From positions 1,985,684-2,049,683 of the forward strand of contig OY282457.1 of the NCBI GenBank assembly GCA_958296235.1: a stretch of 64,000 bases of DNA, in the 5' to 3' direction. Below are positions 52,049 through 61,951 of the stretch, piece by piece. The notes under the pieces were generated by a model that did no database searches, was not told where the DNA came from, and saw nothing but the letters and a program-made list of their open reading frames with translations. The position numbers were made by a program, and so were the translations under genes. The stretch is from an uncultured Candidatus Binatia bacterium (lineage in GTDB: Bacteria > Desulfobacterota > Binatia > Bin18). The stretch's first letter is position 1, and each line of letters opens with the position of its first letter.

Positions 52049-54694
52049 GTGTCGTTGCTCATGTCGTTTATGGAAGGCCTGACGCTGCTGCTCGACCTGT
52101 TTCCTCCACTGGAGTGGAGCCGGCCGGCTGTGCTGTACGGGCTTATTGCCGTGCCCATCTTTCTTTTCTTGCAACGTTTTGCTTTCCGCCAGCGTCCTGC
52201 GTTGTCCAGTCTGATACTGCGCGGGCTTTTCCTGGCCGCGCTCGTCCTCGCCGCCGCAGGTCCCTCTACCCAAGGCCGACAACAGCCCATTCCTCCCATA
52301 CTGGTCATCGATGTCTCGGACAGCCTGACCGCTCCCCAACGGCAGTGGATACAGCAGACGATTACCGACCATATTCGACCCGCTCCTGACACCCCGGTTG
52401 TGCTCTTTGGGGGCGGCAACCAGCGCTTTGCCTGGCAAGATGTTCCTCCCCTTCTGGCTACCCCCCCGCAAGGAGTACAGCCGGAAGAGACCAATATCGA
52501 GGCTGCCCTGGGTCAGCTTTTGGAAGAGCCCCGGCCCCGACCGGTCTATATTTTGAGCGATGGCTGGGAAACGCAGGGAACGGTGGCCGCCCTGCTCCCT
52601 GCACTGGCCGAGCGGGGTCTTCGGCTGTATCCATTGCCGCCGCCGTCGGCAGAACGCGCGCCCAATATCGCGCTCCGGCGTTTTGGCGCGCCGCAGTCCG
52701 CCTCGGGTGGCGAGGACATCGAAATTACGATTGCGTTGGAGAATACCGCTCTTCGAGCTGTACGGGGTGAGTTGACTGTGCGCGAGCGCGAGACGGTCGT
52801 GTGGCGGCAGGAAACCGAACTCCGCCCAGGCGGCTCGCTCCTGACCCATGCGCTGCGCTTATCCGGCAGTGGTCTCATTCCCCTGCATGCAAGTTTCGCC
52901 CCGCAGCCCGAGGCGCCCGACGCCATTCCCTACGACAACCAGGCAACCGCGTGGGTGCAGGTTGCGCCGCGGTCGAGCGTCTTGCTGCTGAGCGCCGCTC
53001 CGCGCGACAACCGCTATCTCGAACAGGCTTTAACCAGTCGTGGGCTCGCGGTTACAGCCCTTGCCATCCAGGCCCCGCCGGCCTCGTTGCCGGCGCTCAG
53101 CGCCTTTACCGCGGTCATCCTCAATAATATTGCGCACCAACAACTGCCCGCAGCCTTTGCGCGTGGGATGGACGCCTATGTCAAAAATGGCGGCGGTCTG
53201 ATTATGGTCGGGGGGGAGAGCAGCCTCGGTCTGGGCCATTATGCCGGCACGGCCATTGAAAAGGTCTTGCCCGTGCGGCTCGTCCCCCCCCAAAAAGAGG
53301 AGCAGCGCACAGCCATGCTGCTGATTATTGATAAATCCGGCAGCATGCGGAAACAGCAGAAATTATTGTACGCGAAACTGGGCGCCCGGGCGGTTGCCCG
53401 CAACCTGACGGATACCGACCTGTTCGGAATAATCGGTTTTGATAAGACGCCGTTTGTGGTTGCCCCGCTCGACTACTTGGGCAAAACCCGCGCTCAGCTT
53501 GACGGGCGGATTGACCGCCTGAAGCCGTCCGGCGGCACGTTTCTGCTGCCGGCCCTGCAAGAGGCCAAACGCCAGTTGGAACGTCAGTATGCAACCCGCA
53601 AACATATTGTGCTCCTGACCGACGGCGAAACCGGCGGCAGCGGGAGTGACTATCTGGACCTTGCCGCAGCGCTGCGCAACGAACTCAAGATCACGATTTC
53701 AACCATTGCCGTGGGCAGGCAGCCAAACCTGCGGCTGTTATCACGTTTGGCCGACTACGGCGGCGGGGCGTTCTACCATACAACCGACCCGTCTACCCTA
53801 CCCGAACTCTTCCTTGACGAGCTGGAAGAGAAACCGGAAGAAAAGACGATGGTTGAACGGCTGCTGGACCCCATTCCGAACCCGCGTTCTCCCTTGCTCA
53901 AAGGCTTGGCCCGGCAGCGATTGCCGGCAGTCCAAGGCTATGTGCAAACCAGACTCAAAAAGGGAGCGCGGGCCGACCTGTCGGTCCGGGATGCGGACAA
54001 GCGGCCACCTCTTTTAGCCTCCTGGTCCTATGGTCAGGGCAAGACCGCCGCATTCACCTCAGATGCGAACGGGCGCTGGTCGGCGTCGTGGGTGGGCTGG
54101 GACCGGTACAGCCAGTTCTGGAATCAAACTGTCCGCTGGACTTTTGCCCGAGAGGAGGGAGACGAACCCACCTGTCCTGAGCCTTGTCAAAGGGATGGGC
54201 AGCGCGCCGCTCCGTTTTCCATTGAGGTCGGGCATACCGAGACAGGGCTGCTGGTTGAAGCCTTTTTCTATGGGACGAAAGAGGCCGGCCAGCCCGACGC
54301 AACGCTCACGGCAACGCTCACAGCGCCGGATGGGGCGACCAGCCGTCTGCTCTTTGAACGCCTGGCTCCCGGTCATTATCAAGGCGGGTATGCTACTCGT
54401 ATGGCCGGCGACTATACCCTTGAGGGTATTCTTCCCAGCGGGGAGCAGTTTGGCCCCCTGGGCTACACGCTGCCCCGTCTCCAGCCGCGTGAAGCCCCGC
54501 AGCCCCAGCCGAATCTCCGCCTCTTTGAAACGCTGGTAGAGGCAACCGGCGGCGGACTGAACTCTGAGTTGGCCACCCTCAGCCGGCCGCTCGGGCCAGC
54601 CGAGCGACTGCCGCTCTGGCCGTACCTTATCCCCCTGGCTATGGCCCTCTATCTTGTGGAACTGATTGGACGTTCTTTGACTTCGCCCCGCTGA
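52049..54694 (+). CDS. Large vWA-domain membrane protein (BatB-like, 881 aa)
   Basis: N-terminal double TM, VIDVSDSLT and a second vWA (LLIIDKSGSM ... LLTDGET), and a C-terminal TM anchor. Confidence 0.6.
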   Translation: MSLLMSFMEGLTLLLDLFPPLEWSRPAVLYGLIAVPIFLFLQRFAFRQRPALSSLILRGLFLAALVLAAAGPSTQGRQQPIPPILVIDVSDSLTAPQRQWIQQTITDHIRPAPDTPVVLFGGGNQRFAWQDVPPLLATPPQGVQPEETNIEAALGQLLEEPRPRPVYILSDGWETQGTVAALLPALAERGLRLYPLPPPSAERAPNIALRRFGAPQSASGGEDIEITIALENTALRAVRGELTVRERETVVWRQETELRPGGSLLTHALRLSGSGLIPLHASFAPQPEAPDAIPYDNQATAWVQVAPRSSVLLLSAAPRDNRYLEQALTSRGLAVTALAIQAPPASLPALSAFTAVILNNIAHQQLPAAFARGMDAYVKNGGGLIMVGGESSLGLGHYAGTAIEKVLPVRLVPPQKEEQRTAMLLIIDKSGSMRKQQKLLYAKLGARAVARNLTDTDLFGIIGFDKTPFVVAPLDYLGKTRAQLDGRIDRLKPSGGTFLLPALQEAKRQLERQYATRKHIVLLTDGETGGSGSDYLDLAAALRNELKITISTIAVGRQPNLRLLSRLADYGGGAFYHTTDPSTLPELFLDELEEKPEEKTMVERLLDPIPNPRSPLLKGLARQRLPAVQGYVQTRLKKGARADLSVRDADKRPPLLASWSYGQGKTAAFTSDANGRWSASWVGWDRYSQFWNQTVRWTFAREEGDEPTCPEPCQRDGQRAAPFSIEVGHTETGLLVEAFFYGTKEAGQPDATLTATLTAPDGATSRLLFERLAPGHYQGGYATRMAGDYTLEGILPSGEQFGPLGYTLPRLQPREAPQPQPNLRLFETLVEATGGGLNSELATLSRPLGPAERLPLWPYLIPLAMALYLVELIGRSLTSPR

Positions 54695-54832
54695 GGATGC
54701 CTCTGTCCTGAGCGTAGCGCAGCGGAGTCGAAGGGCGCTTGCCCAGAGATGGTCGGACTGGTATGGCGGGCGGAAGGACTGGAGCGTTGACCCTGGTCTG
54801 AGGACACTGGAAAGCTGGGAGAATAAGAATAG

Positions 54833-55444
54833 ATGGCATATCTTGTACTTCTTCGACATGGCCAATCACAATGGAACCTGGAAAACCGCTTTACCGGCTG
54901 GGTTGACGTTGCCCTGACGGAAAAAGGCGAGGAAGAGGCGCGGCAAGCCGGAGAAAAGATCAAAGCCGCCGGCCTGCAATTTGATACCACCTTCACCTCA
55001 GTGCTTCAGCGCGCCATCCGCACGCTGGAGCTGGTCCTGGAGGCGCTGGGCCAAGCGCATCTTCCCGTCGAACAGGACCAGGCACTCAACGAACGCCATT
55101 ACGGCGACCTGCAGGGACTCAATAAAGCCGAAACTGCCAAGAAGTTTGGCGACGAGCAGGTGCGACTCTGGCGACGGAGCTGTGATATTGCCCCACCAGG
55201 CGGCGAAAGTCTGGAAAACACAGCCGCGCGGACGCTCCCCTATTTGAAGGACCGGATTCTCCCCACAGTCCAAGCCGGACAGAATGTACTGGTTGCGGCG
55301 CATGGCAATAGCCTGCGTTCGATCATCATGTATCTCGATCAGTTAAGCCGAGAGGCAGTCCTCAGTCTTGAGTTGGGAACAGGCGTCCCGGTGGTGTACG
55401 ATATTGACGCTGAGGGCAACGTCCAGTCAAAAGAGGTTTTGTAA
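54833..55444 (+). CDS. gpmA: 2,3-bisphosphoglycerate-dependent phosphoglycerate mutase (short form)
   Basis: LRHGQSQWN catalytic His motif and the His-phosphatase fold; 203 aa. Confidence 0.85.
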   Translation: MAYLVLLRHGQSQWNLENRFTGWVDVALTEKGEEEARQAGEKIKAAGLQFDTTFTSVLQRAIRTLELVLEALGQAHLPVEQDQALNERHYGDLQGLNKAETAKKFGDEQVRLWRRSCDIAPPGGESLENTAARTLPYLKDRILPTVQAGQNVLVAAHGNSLRSIIMYLDQLSREAVLSLELGTGVPVVYDIDAEGNVQSKEVL

Positions 55445-55563
55445 CGCGCAACGAGCAGATGGGGTAAGCGGGGGCCTCACGTTATTCCCTCCCCCCTTGA
55501 GGGGGAGGGCTAGGGTGGGGGGTCCTACGCGCAACGAGCAGACGGGGTGAGCGGGGGCCTCAC
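55445..55563. repeat. 1.45x tandem duplication carrying a GC-run hairpin repeat
   Basis: acgcgcaacgagcagatggggtaagcgggggcctcacg ... cccttgagggggagggctagggtggggggtcct ... acgcgcaacgagcagacggggtgagcgggggcctcacg. Confidence 0.7.
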
Positions 55564-55572
55564 GGGGGACTA

Positions 55573-56049
55573 CTATGGGGCCAGGGAACGATATTTCCCC
55601 TGATAAAAGAGGAGTGGGTCGCCTGGTGAAGTCACGAGCCGCTGAACCTCTCCAACATAAATCGTGTGGTCTCCACCCTCGTAGGCGTGCGCGACAGTGC
55701 ATTCAAAATGCGCCAGCGCGCCATCGAGCAGGGCCACGCCGAGTTCCCCGAGGCGGTAGGCCAGGCCCGCAAACTTTTCAATCCCTTTTGTTGCAAAACG
55801 TGTGGAGAGTTCTTCTTGCGCCAGACTCAGGAAGTTGACGGCAAAGACCCTGGATTCCTCAAAACAGTCGTAGCAGTCTACGCCTTTATCAACACAGATT
55901 AAAAGCATCGGTGGGTCCAGAGACAGTGAGCTGAACGCATTGGCGGTCAGGCCAAACGGCTTGCCTGCGGCATCTTTCGTCGTGATGATGGTCACTCCGG
56001 TTGCAAACAGCCCCATTGCGTTTCGTAATTCGCGCGCGTCAATTGCCAT
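55573..56049 (-). CDS. Flavin reductase (NAD(P)H:FMN oxidoreductase, HpaC/RutF-like)
   Basis: FATGVTIITT and SLSLDPPMLLICV motifs; 158 aa. Confidence 0.8.
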   Translation of the reverse strand: MAIDARELRNAMGLFATGVTIITTKDAAGKPFGLTANAFSSLSLDPPMLLICVDKGVDCYDCFEESRVFAVNFLSLAQEELSTRFATKGIEKFAGLAYRLGELGVALLDGALAHFECTVAHAYEGGDHTIYVGEVQRLVTSPGDPLLFYQGKYRSLAP

Positions 56050-56151
56050 ACTGCCTCCCCGATCGGTAAAGAAGTTCTCTGACAGCTACCAGAGCGCCTC
56101 CCAGGCTGTCAATTGCTCTGCGCGTCTACCCGGCTGGCGCAGGCCCGCCTG

Positions 56152-57246
56152 TTACAGATTCGGCGCAGTCAGTGACCGCGCGACATCCTTGTCACAGCCC
56201 GGCGCGCGCCCAAAAACTTTTCGCCACACCGGGGCGGTTTCCATGCACATATACACCGGAACCGTGGGAGCCAGGCGGTTCAGCTGGGTGATGAGGGCGC
56301 GGTACATCGTGACGCGCAGGGCCTGAAAGGTGCGCCATTTGCCATCATCACACAAGACCTGCTCACCGGATAAGAGACGGGTCTGCGGGAAGCGTTGCCG
56401 TATGGCTTTGCGTAAGGGTGGGGTGAGGCGCAGGCTACCGAAACTGACCCAGGCCACCCCACGCGGATCAACGGTCGCAAAGACCTGCTCCAGCGCCTGC
56501 TGATAATCCGTCTCCCAGCCGGGATACTCGATGAGCGGATCAAAGTGAAAACCTGTTTTATAGCCCGCCTGCTGGACACGCCGGGCGGCGCGGAGGCGGT
56601 TGGCAAACGGTGCCGTGCCATGCTCTTCCGTATCGGCAATAGCCGGGGGCGTCAGGCTCCAGGACACCACTACCCGCCCGTGCGATTCGAGCCTGAGCAA
56701 ATTGTCAATACAGTCGCTCTTCGTTTTGAGTTCGAGCAGGACGTTTTTTCGAGCGGCGAAAAAGGGCACCAGGTCTGCTGAAAACCCCAGAAGCGCATCC
56801 AGGGCCAAGCTATCGGAGAGTTCGCCGGTCCCGATCCGAAACGGTCGCCAGGGCTGACGATCGACGACCTGGGCGACTTCATCCAGCAGGTCGTCACTGT
56901 TGGTGAAAACTTTGAGGGTGGGATTATTGGCGAGATATTCCTGTAAAAAACAATAGCTGCAATCCATTGGACAGTTGGAGATCAGGCTGACGACCAGATA
57001 GTTGCAGCACACCAGCCCAGGGGTTCCGGCCGGACAATGTTCGAGAAAGCCGGCGCGCTGGCGGGTAAAGAACAGCCGGCGCTTGCCGGCGCCGAACGGG
57101 TCGTTGCCCGCCGGCCGCGCTTTCCTTTGCTCCCAGTCTTTTTCAACAATGTGGACGGGCAGCTCCGGCAGCCTGGCTAAAGCCCGTTGAACGACCGGGG
57201 CCTCTTCCTCGCCACGCTCGATAAGAATTTCAGTTGGCTGATACAT
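56152..57246 (-). CDS. SPL/SplB-family radical SAM protein (DNA photolyase-like, COG1533)
   Basis: SNCPMDCSYCFLQ is a CxxxCxYC motif; 364 aa. Confidence 0.65.
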   Translation of the reverse strand: MYQPTEILIERGEEEAPVVQRALARLPELPVHIVEKDWEQRKARPAGNDPFGAGKRRLFFTRQRAGFLEHCPAGTPGLVCCNYLVVSLISNCPMDCSYCFLQEYLANNPTLKVFTNSDDLLDEVAQVVDRQPWRPFRIGTGELSDSLALDALLGFSADLVPFFAARKNVLLELKTKSDCIDNLLRLESHGRVVVSWSLTPPAIADTEEHGTAPFANRLRAARRVQQAGYKTGFHFDPLIEYPGWETDYQQALEQVFATVDPRGVAWVSFGSLRLTPPLRKAIRQRFPQTRLLSGEQVLCDDGKWRTFQALRVTMYRALITQLNRLAPTVPVYMCMETAPVWRKVFGRAPGCDKDVARSLTAPNL

Positions 57247-57269
57247 GGCCGGCCATTATGCCGCAGGAC

Positions 57270-57812
57270 TCACACCTCATCCAGAGCATCGAACACGCGC
57301 TGAAAGCGGCCATCATCGAGCCGTTGCTGAAGCTGGGAGAGACCGTCCTGGAGGGCGTGCACATCGCGCGCCGTCAGGGTGACGGTGACTTCATCGCCTT
57401 CAAAGTCGGACGGGAAAGAGACCTGCCCTGCCCTGCCCAAGTCGAGGGCTTTCACCGCCTGGCGGACATTTTCCTCCAGGCGCGTCAGGCGCGGGTAGCG
57501 TATCTTGCGCAACACGGTCTTGACCGCCTTGAGTTTGTCGTTACGTGACCCCGGTGTTGCTCGCGCGCGGCGGAGTTCTCGCCGTTCGAGAATGTCCGCA
57601 ATGGTCTGCTCATCGCGCGCGGCAATCTCCTCTAACCAGTCGAGCAGGTCTTTGAGATGATTCTCGCCGCACTGGAGGTCTTGCAGCAAGAAGAGCAGCG
57701 CGGCTTGGTCGGTCCCTGGCCACGCCTGCCAGCGGGCCAGCGTTGTGCGGCTCAGGCGTTTGCGCTGGGCATAGGCCGCTATCTGCCGCGCCTGCTCATT
57801 CAGGGTCGCCAT
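57270..57812 (-). CDS. Hypothetical protein (180 aa) between GT2 and the SPL-like radical SAM gene
   Basis: Overlaps the GT2 stop region (coupled). No family recognised. Confidence 0.4.
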   Translation of the reverse strand: MATLNEQARQIAAYAQRKRLSRTTLARWQAWPGTDQAALLFLLQDLQCGENHLKDLLDWLEEIAARDEQTIADILERRELRRARATPGSRNDKLKAVKTVLRKIRYPRLTRLEENVRQAVKALDLGRAGQVSFPSDFEGDEVTVTLTARDVHALQDGLSQLQQRLDDGRFQRVFDALDEV

Positions 57813-58665
57813 ACGCCTCCTGGGCGCGAGGATAGCGCGCCATCAGGGCCAGGTAGGGTTCCGCCGATTTGCCCCGTTTGCGCGCTCCATTGGACAGGAT
57901 CCGACATTTTTTGTGAAGCATGGAAAGGGTGGCGTGGCGTTGCTGGAGAGAGAGGCGGCCCGAATCGAGCAGTTTGCGGAGCGCGACCAGCCGAAAGCGA
58001 TCCATGCCCCAAAACTGACGGGATAATTGATCGGTGTGGCCGCCGCGTTTCAGGACTAACGACCTGTCAATCAGGGAGACCGGCTCCTGTACACTGATGC
58101 GGAGCCACAGGTCATAATCTTCACACGCCGGGAGCTGCTCATCAAAACCGCCTACCCGTTCAAACAATTCCCGGCGGAGTATAACGGCCGAGGGACTGAC
58201 CAGACAGGCGGCGAGGCTCTGAATGAAAATATCGCCGTGGGGTTTGCGATGTTTATGCCGCGGATTGACCCGCGTCCCATGCCGAATCCAGGTTTCCTGG
58301 GTCTGACAAATCTGCGCGGTCGGCTGCGCCTCAAAAAAGGCGAGCTGGTGGGCCAATTTTTCGGGCTGCCAGATGTCGTCGGAATCGAGAAAGGCGAGGA
58401 GTTCGCCCTGACTGGCCGCTACCCCGCGATTGCGGGCGGCAGAGACGCCCCGATGGGGCTGAAAGAGGTAGCGGATGGGCCGGGACTGCGCGCGGGCGCA
58501 TTCGTCAACGAGCTGCCGGGTTGCGTCCCGCGCGGCCTTCGTTGAGCCGTCGTCCACAACAAGAATTTCACTCTCCTGATACGTCTGGGCCAGGACCGAG
58601 GCCAGCGCCTCGCGCAGGAAGGCGGGACGATTACAGGTCGGTATGATCGTTGAAACCCTAGGCAT
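57796..58665 (-). CDS. Family 2 glycosyltransferase
   Basis: STIIPTCNR, LVVDDGS and DSDD motifs. Confidence 0.8.
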   Translation of the reverse strand: MPRVSTIIPTCNRPAFLREALASVLAQTYQESEILVVDDGSTKAARDATRQLVDECARAQSRPIRYLFQPHRGVSAARNRGVAASQGELLAFLDSDDIWQPEKLAHQLAFFEAQPTAQICQTQETWIRHGTRVNPRHKHRKPHGDIFIQSLAACLVSPSAVILRRELFERVGGFDEQLPACEDYDLWLRISVQEPVSLIDRSLVLKRGGHTDQLSRQFWGMDRFRLVALRKLLDSGRLSLQQRHATLSMLHKKCRILSNGARKRGKSAEPYLALMARYPRAQEAYGDPE

Positions 58666-59272
58666 CTGAGCGGCTGTTCGTGTCGGGAGTAGCGGGCTGG
58701 CCGGCGGTCAGCGCGAGCATCGCCTGCCACAGGGCGGCTGTGCCGCAGCCGTCCCGCGCAGAAAAAAGCAGCAGCGGCTCGCCCCCGATTTGCTGCATCA
58801 GGCTGTGGCGCCGCTTTTCTCGCTGGTTGCGTTTGAGCTTGTCACATTTGGTCGCCACAAAGAGAAAGGGGCGGTCATGATAGGCCAGAAAGTCAGCCAG
58901 GGCGGCTTCTTCTGCTTCCGGCCCACGACGGATATCGAGAATGATGACCACCCCACACAGGTTCGGCGCGTGTATCAGATAGTCTTCAATCAGTCGCCGC
59001 CAGGCCGCCCGCTCGGACTTGGCAACTTTGGCATAGCCGTAACCGGGCAGGTCAACAAAGGTCAGGACCTGGTTGATGGTAAAAAAATTGAGCTGGCGCG
59101 TCCGGCCCGGAGTCTGACTCGTCCGGGCAATTTTCCGGTTCAGGAGTCGATTGATTAACGAAGACTTGCCGACATTCGAGCGTCCGGCAAAGGCGACCTC
59201 CGGCTGAGAGAGTCTCGGGTATTGTCCCGGTCGCAACGTGGCACCGGCAAACTCAACACTTGAAATTTTCAC
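58658..59272 (-). CDS. engB: Ribosome-biogenesis GTPase EngB/YihA
   Basis: G1 GRSNVGKSS and G3 DLPGYG motifs, plus a basic C-terminus. Confidence 0.85.
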   Translation of the reverse strand: MKISSVEFAGATLRPGQYPRLSQPEVAFAGRSNVGKSSLINRLLNRKIARTSQTPGRTRQLNFFTINQVLTFVDLPGYGYAKVAKSERAAWRRLIEDYLIHAPNLCGVVIILDIRRGPEAEEAALADFLAYHDRPFLFVATKCDKLKRNQREKRRHSLMQQIGGEPLLLFSARDGCGTAALWQAMLALTAGQPATPDTNSRSDA

Positions 59273-59408
59273 GCTCTTGACTCACCCTCAGCGGTGGACC
59301 GAACACCGGCGGCCCGCAGGATTTGACAGGATTTGACAGGAGGGTAGCTGACAGAGCCTCTTTGCGCCACCTTGACTTCCGCTCGCCGGGCTTGTTTGTT
59401 TAGGGGGT

Positions 59409-59849
59409 ATGAAAAACGAACTCTTGGGCATGCTCGTGACTGCCCTGGCCATATTATCCGCAGCCATTGTGTCCGGCCTGCGGCTCAAGCCCTATATTGA
59501 CGCCGGCGAAACGTATACGCCGGCTTCGTTTATGCTGTATCCGGCCCTGGCGGCTGTGTTGGTCGCCATCCCGCTCATCTTCTTGCTGCGCGCAGCCCAA
59601 GGCACAAAAGAGCTTGAAATCGGTCCGCTGAAATTCACCGAGCGCAGCCCGTTTATGGCCTTATGGTGCATCTTGTATATTGTAATTGCCGTCACCTTCT
59701 TCCCCTACGACGGTCCTGAGGAGTCGGACCTCTTGCCCGAGCCGTCGTACCAGGAGGATACCGGGTCTCCCTTAAATCAGCCGGTTCGTCTCCCCCTGCC
59801 ATTTGCCGCGCTCCAGGAGAGCGCAGTGGAGAAGAGGCACGTGCTCTGA
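59409..59849 (+). CDS. Hypothetical membrane protein (3-4 TM helices)
   Basis: Hydrophobic 146-aa ORF on the strand away from its neighbours. Confidence 0.35.
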   Translation: MKNELLGMLVTALAILSAAIVSGLRLKPYIDAGETYTPASFMLYPALAAVLVAIPLIFLLRAAQGTKELEIGPLKFTERSPFMALWCILYIVIAVTFFPYDGPEESDLLPEPSYQEDTGSPLNQPVRLPLPFAALQESAVEKRHVL

Positions 59850-59865
59850 CCAGGAAGCAGTTGTG

Positions 59866-60258
59866 ACCAATTTTCAGCCTCAGCTCGATCCGTTTCAGGT
59901 CTTGTTAGGTTTTCACCTCGACCTGGTGACGCCGGAACTTTGCCGTATCAGTCTACCCTTCAGGCCCGAGTTGCGGACCGGCGGCGACGTTGTGCACGGT
60001 GGGGTCATTGCCACCCTGATCGACAGCGCCGGGGTGGTCGCGGCCTGGTCTGATGCCGACCCCAGCGCCATCCGTGGAGCCACGGCTGATCTCTCGGTCA
60101 GCTATTTATCCGCGGCGCGCGGCGTTGATCTCGTGGCTGAAGCCCGGGTCATGCGGCGCGGGCGGAGTCTGGTCTTTATTGAGGTCGATGTCACGGCATC
60201 GACTGGAGAGCGGATTGCCAAGGGGCTGGTCACGTATAAGTTGGGGTATCGTGCATGA
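59866..60258 (+). CDS. PaaI-type hotdog thioesterase
   Basis: VVHGGVIATLIDSA core motif. The start is probably GTG 59866 rather than the long overlapping ORF from 59803. Confidence 0.55.
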   Translation, partial: TNFQPQLDPFQVLLGFHLDLVTPELCRISLPFRPELRTGGDVVHGGVIATLIDSAGVVAAWSDADPSAIRGATADLSVSYLSAARGVDLVAEARVMRRGRSLVFIEVDVTASTGERIAKGLVTYKLGYRA

Positions 60259-61268
60259 CGCAACCCTCGTTCAATCACTCTGTCCCGCCGAATTTTCCGT
60301 CATCGCTTGGGTCGTCCCGGACTGTTTCACCCAGAACTATCCCGCCCATCCATATCATCCTGTTCGGGGCGACCCTCTTTACCACAACGCTCGCCGGAAC
60401 CTTTCAGGCTGGTGGAGACCCCCTCAGCGACCCGGCCGCTCTGGTGTTGGGGTTGCCCTTTGCCCTGACCTTACTGCTCATCCTCCTCAGCCATGAGATG
60501 GGACATTACATTTTGGCCCGCATTCATGGGGTCTGGGCCAGCCTGCCGTATTTCATTCCCGGCCCGCCCTTCTTTGTCGGGACTTTTGGCGCGTTCATTC
60601 GGATGAAGTCAGCTCCGGCCAATCGCTCGGCACTGTTTGATATTGGCGCGGCCGGACCCTGGGCCGGGGTCTGCTTCGCCATTCCCGCGGTGATTATTGG
60701 GCTGACACTCTCCGAGGTGCGGCCGCTCAACCCCCTTTCGGGTGGTATCATTCTCGGCGACTCCGTGCTGTTCTCTGCCCTGATAAGGCTCGTTCTTGGC
60801 GTCGCCCCTGACGAGGTCAGAGTCGTACTCCATCCCATTGCGCTGGCCGGCTGGTTTGGCCTGTTTATCACCTTTCTCAATCTGCTGCCGGTTGGGCAAC
60901 TCGATGGCGGCCACGTGGTGTACTCGCTCTTTGGGCCGGCGCACCGTTGGGTCGCCCGCGCCTTTCTGCTGGTTATTCTGGTGCTGGGTTTTCAGGGCTG
61001 GAATGGCTGGTTCGTGTGGGTCGTCCTGTTGGCCATCCTGGGCATCGACCACCCGCCGACAGACGATCAGGTCGTGCCCCTTGATCGCCGGCGGACCATC
61101 TACGGCTGGTGTACCGTCGGGCTCTTTGTCCTGACTTTTACCCCCGTGCCCATCACCATATCGATGGATTTTCCACTCCAGGAGGAGGTGACTCCAGTGG
61201 TCTATCAGCTCGAACACCAGCCCCTGTCTCCCCCCTTATCCCCCTGGACGGTGGTGTACCAGCCATGA
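60255..61268 (+). CDS. M50-family (site-2 protease-like) membrane metallopeptidase
   Basis: HEMGHY zinc motif in a TM helix and LDGG in a later helix; polytopic. Confidence 0.75.
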   Translation: MTQPSFNHSVPPNFPSSLGSSRTVSPRTIPPIHIILFGATLFTTTLAGTFQAGGDPLSDPAALVLGLPFALTLLLILLSHEMGHYILARIHGVWASLPYFIPGPPFFVGTFGAFIRMKSAPANRSALFDIGAAGPWAGVCFAIPAVIIGLTLSEVRPLNPLSGGIILGDSVLFSALIRLVLGVAPDEVRVVLHPIALAGWFGLFITFLNLLPVGQLDGGHVVYSLFGPAHRWVARAFLLVILVLGFQGWNGWFVWVVLLAILGIDHPPTDDQVVPLDRRRTIYGWCTVGLFVLTFTPVPITISMDFPLQEEVTPVVYQLEHQPLSPPLSPWTVVYQP

Positions 61269-61717
61269 CTGATCGTCTGTCCTGGCATCAATACTTCATC
61301 ACCATCACGCGCCAGGTGGCCGAGCGTTCGACCTGTCAACGCGCCAGGGTTGGCGCGGTCATTGTCCGCGAGCGCAATATTCTGACTACGGGCTATAACG
61401 GCGCGCCGGCCGGACAGCCCCACTGCACCGAGGTTGGCTGCCTGATTTACGAATCAAAGACGCCGACCGGGGAAATCGAAGAGCACTGCTACCGGACCAT
61501 CCATGCGGAAATCAATGCTATTGCCCAAGCGGCGAAGAACGGCACCAATATCAGTGGGGCGGATATTTATGTGACCCACACCCCGTGTATCCATTGTCTC
61601 AAAGTGTTGGTGAATACCGGCATCCGGCGTATCTTTTACGAGAAAGCGTATAAGCTTCACACCATACAGGAGTTGCTGGCGTCCTCTCAGGTCGAGTTGC
61701 AGCAAGTTGCACTGTAG
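61265..61717 (+). CDS. dCMP/cytidine deaminase (ComEB-like)
   Basis: HAE and PCxxC zinc motifs (TIHAEINAI ... HTPCIHCLK). ATG 61265 overlaps the preceding stop. Confidence 0.8.
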   Translation: MTDRLSWHQYFITITRQVAERSTCQRARVGAVIVRERNILTTGYNGAPAGQPHCTEVGCLIYESKTPTGEIEEHCYRTIHAEINAIAQAAKNGTNISGADIYVTHTPCIHCLKVLVNTGIRRIFYEKAYKLHTIQELLASSQVELQQVAL

Positions 61718-61779
61718 ACCGGCGAGGCGAATGAGTCCGCCCAGCTTTCGGCCTGGCAGGGACGCCGGGCCAACGTCCT

Positions 61780-61932
61780 CTATTCTTGCGTTTCGGCCGA
61801 TGGGGCTGCGGATGGCGCGGATAACCCGTCATACGCGCCAAATTGATAGGCGGCCGCCAACAGAAGAACGGACAGGACAAGCGCTGTAATCAAAATATCC
61901 AGGGCACTGAGCCCGGCATGGCTCTGCTTCAT
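61780..61932 (-). CDS. Small single-TM protein (50 aa), hypothetical
   Basis: RBS ggagga then ATG. MKQSHAGLSALDILITALVLSVLLLAAAYQF... Confidence 0.25.
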   Translation of the reverse strand: MKQSHAGLSALDILITALVLSVLLLAAAYQFGAYDGLSAPSAAPSAETQE

Positions 61933-61951
61933 TGTTGTCCTCCAGGCGCGT

